Below, one piece after another: positions 63,243 to 64,000 of a stretch of DNA of 64,000 bases. Location: the NCBI RefSeq assembly GCF_020745735.1, contig NC_083417.1, positions 75,702,001-75,766,000 on the forward strand, written 5' to 3'. The notes beneath the pieces were generated by a model. The model searched no databases. It was not told the origin of the DNA and saw only the letters and a list, made by a program, of their open reading frames with translations. Made by a program: the position numbers and the translations under genes. The stretch comes from Hemiscyllium ocellatum (taxonomy: Eukaryota). Position 1 is the first letter of the stretch, and each line of letters opens with the position of its first letter.

Positions 63243-63577
63243 ATTCAGTGTTCATTATTATCGCCCTTAAACAGATACGCAGCGGAAATCAGCCTTAAAC
63301 AGAATTGAGCAAGAGCATTGTTTGTGAATTAATAAACGCTTCCAAAAAATGGCAGGCATCCTAATTTGCGATTGAATATGAACAATTGGTCAACAGTTCT
63401 TTGTGAAGTATTCAGTGTTCATTGTTATCGCCTTTAAACAGAAACACAGCGGAAATAAGCCTTAAACAGAATTGAGCAAGAGCATTGTTTGTGAATTAAT
63501 AAACACTTACAAAAAATGAGAGGCATCCTAACTCGCGATTGAATATGAACAATTGGTTAACAGTTGTTTGTGAATTA
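63243..63577. repeat. Tandem duplication, 2 x about 167 bp, in the probable 3' UTR of the upstream paralogue
   Basis: attcagtgttcatt...ttgtgaa starts at 63243 and again at 63410. Confidence 0.9.
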
Positions 63578-63665
63578 ACAGGAAAAGAACATCACTGAAG
63601 ACACACTCGAGAAAGAAATGAAATCAATGCACATCACTAACATACTGCCTGTAAGATTAGCAACA

Positions 63666-63839
63666 TTATGAGATGCTGGTTTCTCCGAAGACGGCCTCAG
63701 TTGCTCCGGTTGGTGCTGTTACTTTTAGCTCGGCAGAGTCTGGAATCTTGGCGTTTATGTTCAGTTTTCTGACTTTGCTGGTGCCGTTCAATTCGAGACT
63801 GGCGGACGTTAATTCATCGTCTGCGTCCGATTGTTCCAT
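63666..63839 (-). CDS. Terminal cytoplasmic exon of a probable upstream paralogous receptor, tyrosine-free
   Basis: Acceptor gaacttcatag|ATG in phase 0 gives MEQSDADDELTSASLELNGTSKVRKLNINAKIPDSAELKVTAPTGATEAVFGETSIS*, which is colinear with exon 43448-43302. Confidence 0.65.
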   Translation of the reverse strand: MEQSDADDELTSASLELNGTSKVRKLNINAKIPDSAELKVTAPTGATEAVFGETSIS

Positions 63840-64000
63840 CTATGAAGTTCAGGGACTATTTTTAAAAAGAAAAACATACCTAAATTAAAATGCCACTTAC
63901 GAGCACGGGGAACCAAGAACATTTGCCCCTCAAGCCTGTTCCACTATTGAATTAATGATTGGTGTGCGCTGTATCTGCCTGCGCTCTGCAGTGCCATATT

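Overview
Repeat-rich vertebrate genomic DNA, almost certainly from a cartilaginous fish (shark-type CR1 LINEs with (TTCTATG)n tails, HE1-type V-SINEs, Deu-domain SINE relics, Penelope-like elements [PLEs]). There is one 131-N assembly gap. The only well-supported host gene is on the minus strand at 43302-58902: a non-rearranging Ig-superfamily receptor, leader - germline-joined VJ-type domain - single C1-set domain - Cys stalk/TM - cytoplasmic tail ending in an exon with two tyrosine inhibitory motifs (MTYAAL, IEYAQV). I assembled it by hand from GT-AG boundaries and exon phases; only the exon bridging the TM and terminal exons is uncertain. At 63666-63839 lies the homologous terminal exon of a probable upstream tandem paralogue, in which both ITIM tyrosines align with serines. 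The second theme is at least four PLE-derived families carrying minimal type-I hammerhead ribozyme motifs. They occur as a TSD-flanked 221-bp foldback mini-element, a three-hammerhead array with a 256-nt period (retrozyme-like), and a 44-bp minisatellite in the receptor's V-C1 intron. All calls are by eye; no database searches or folding programs were run, and repeat boundaries are approximate unless TSDs or splice sites are given.
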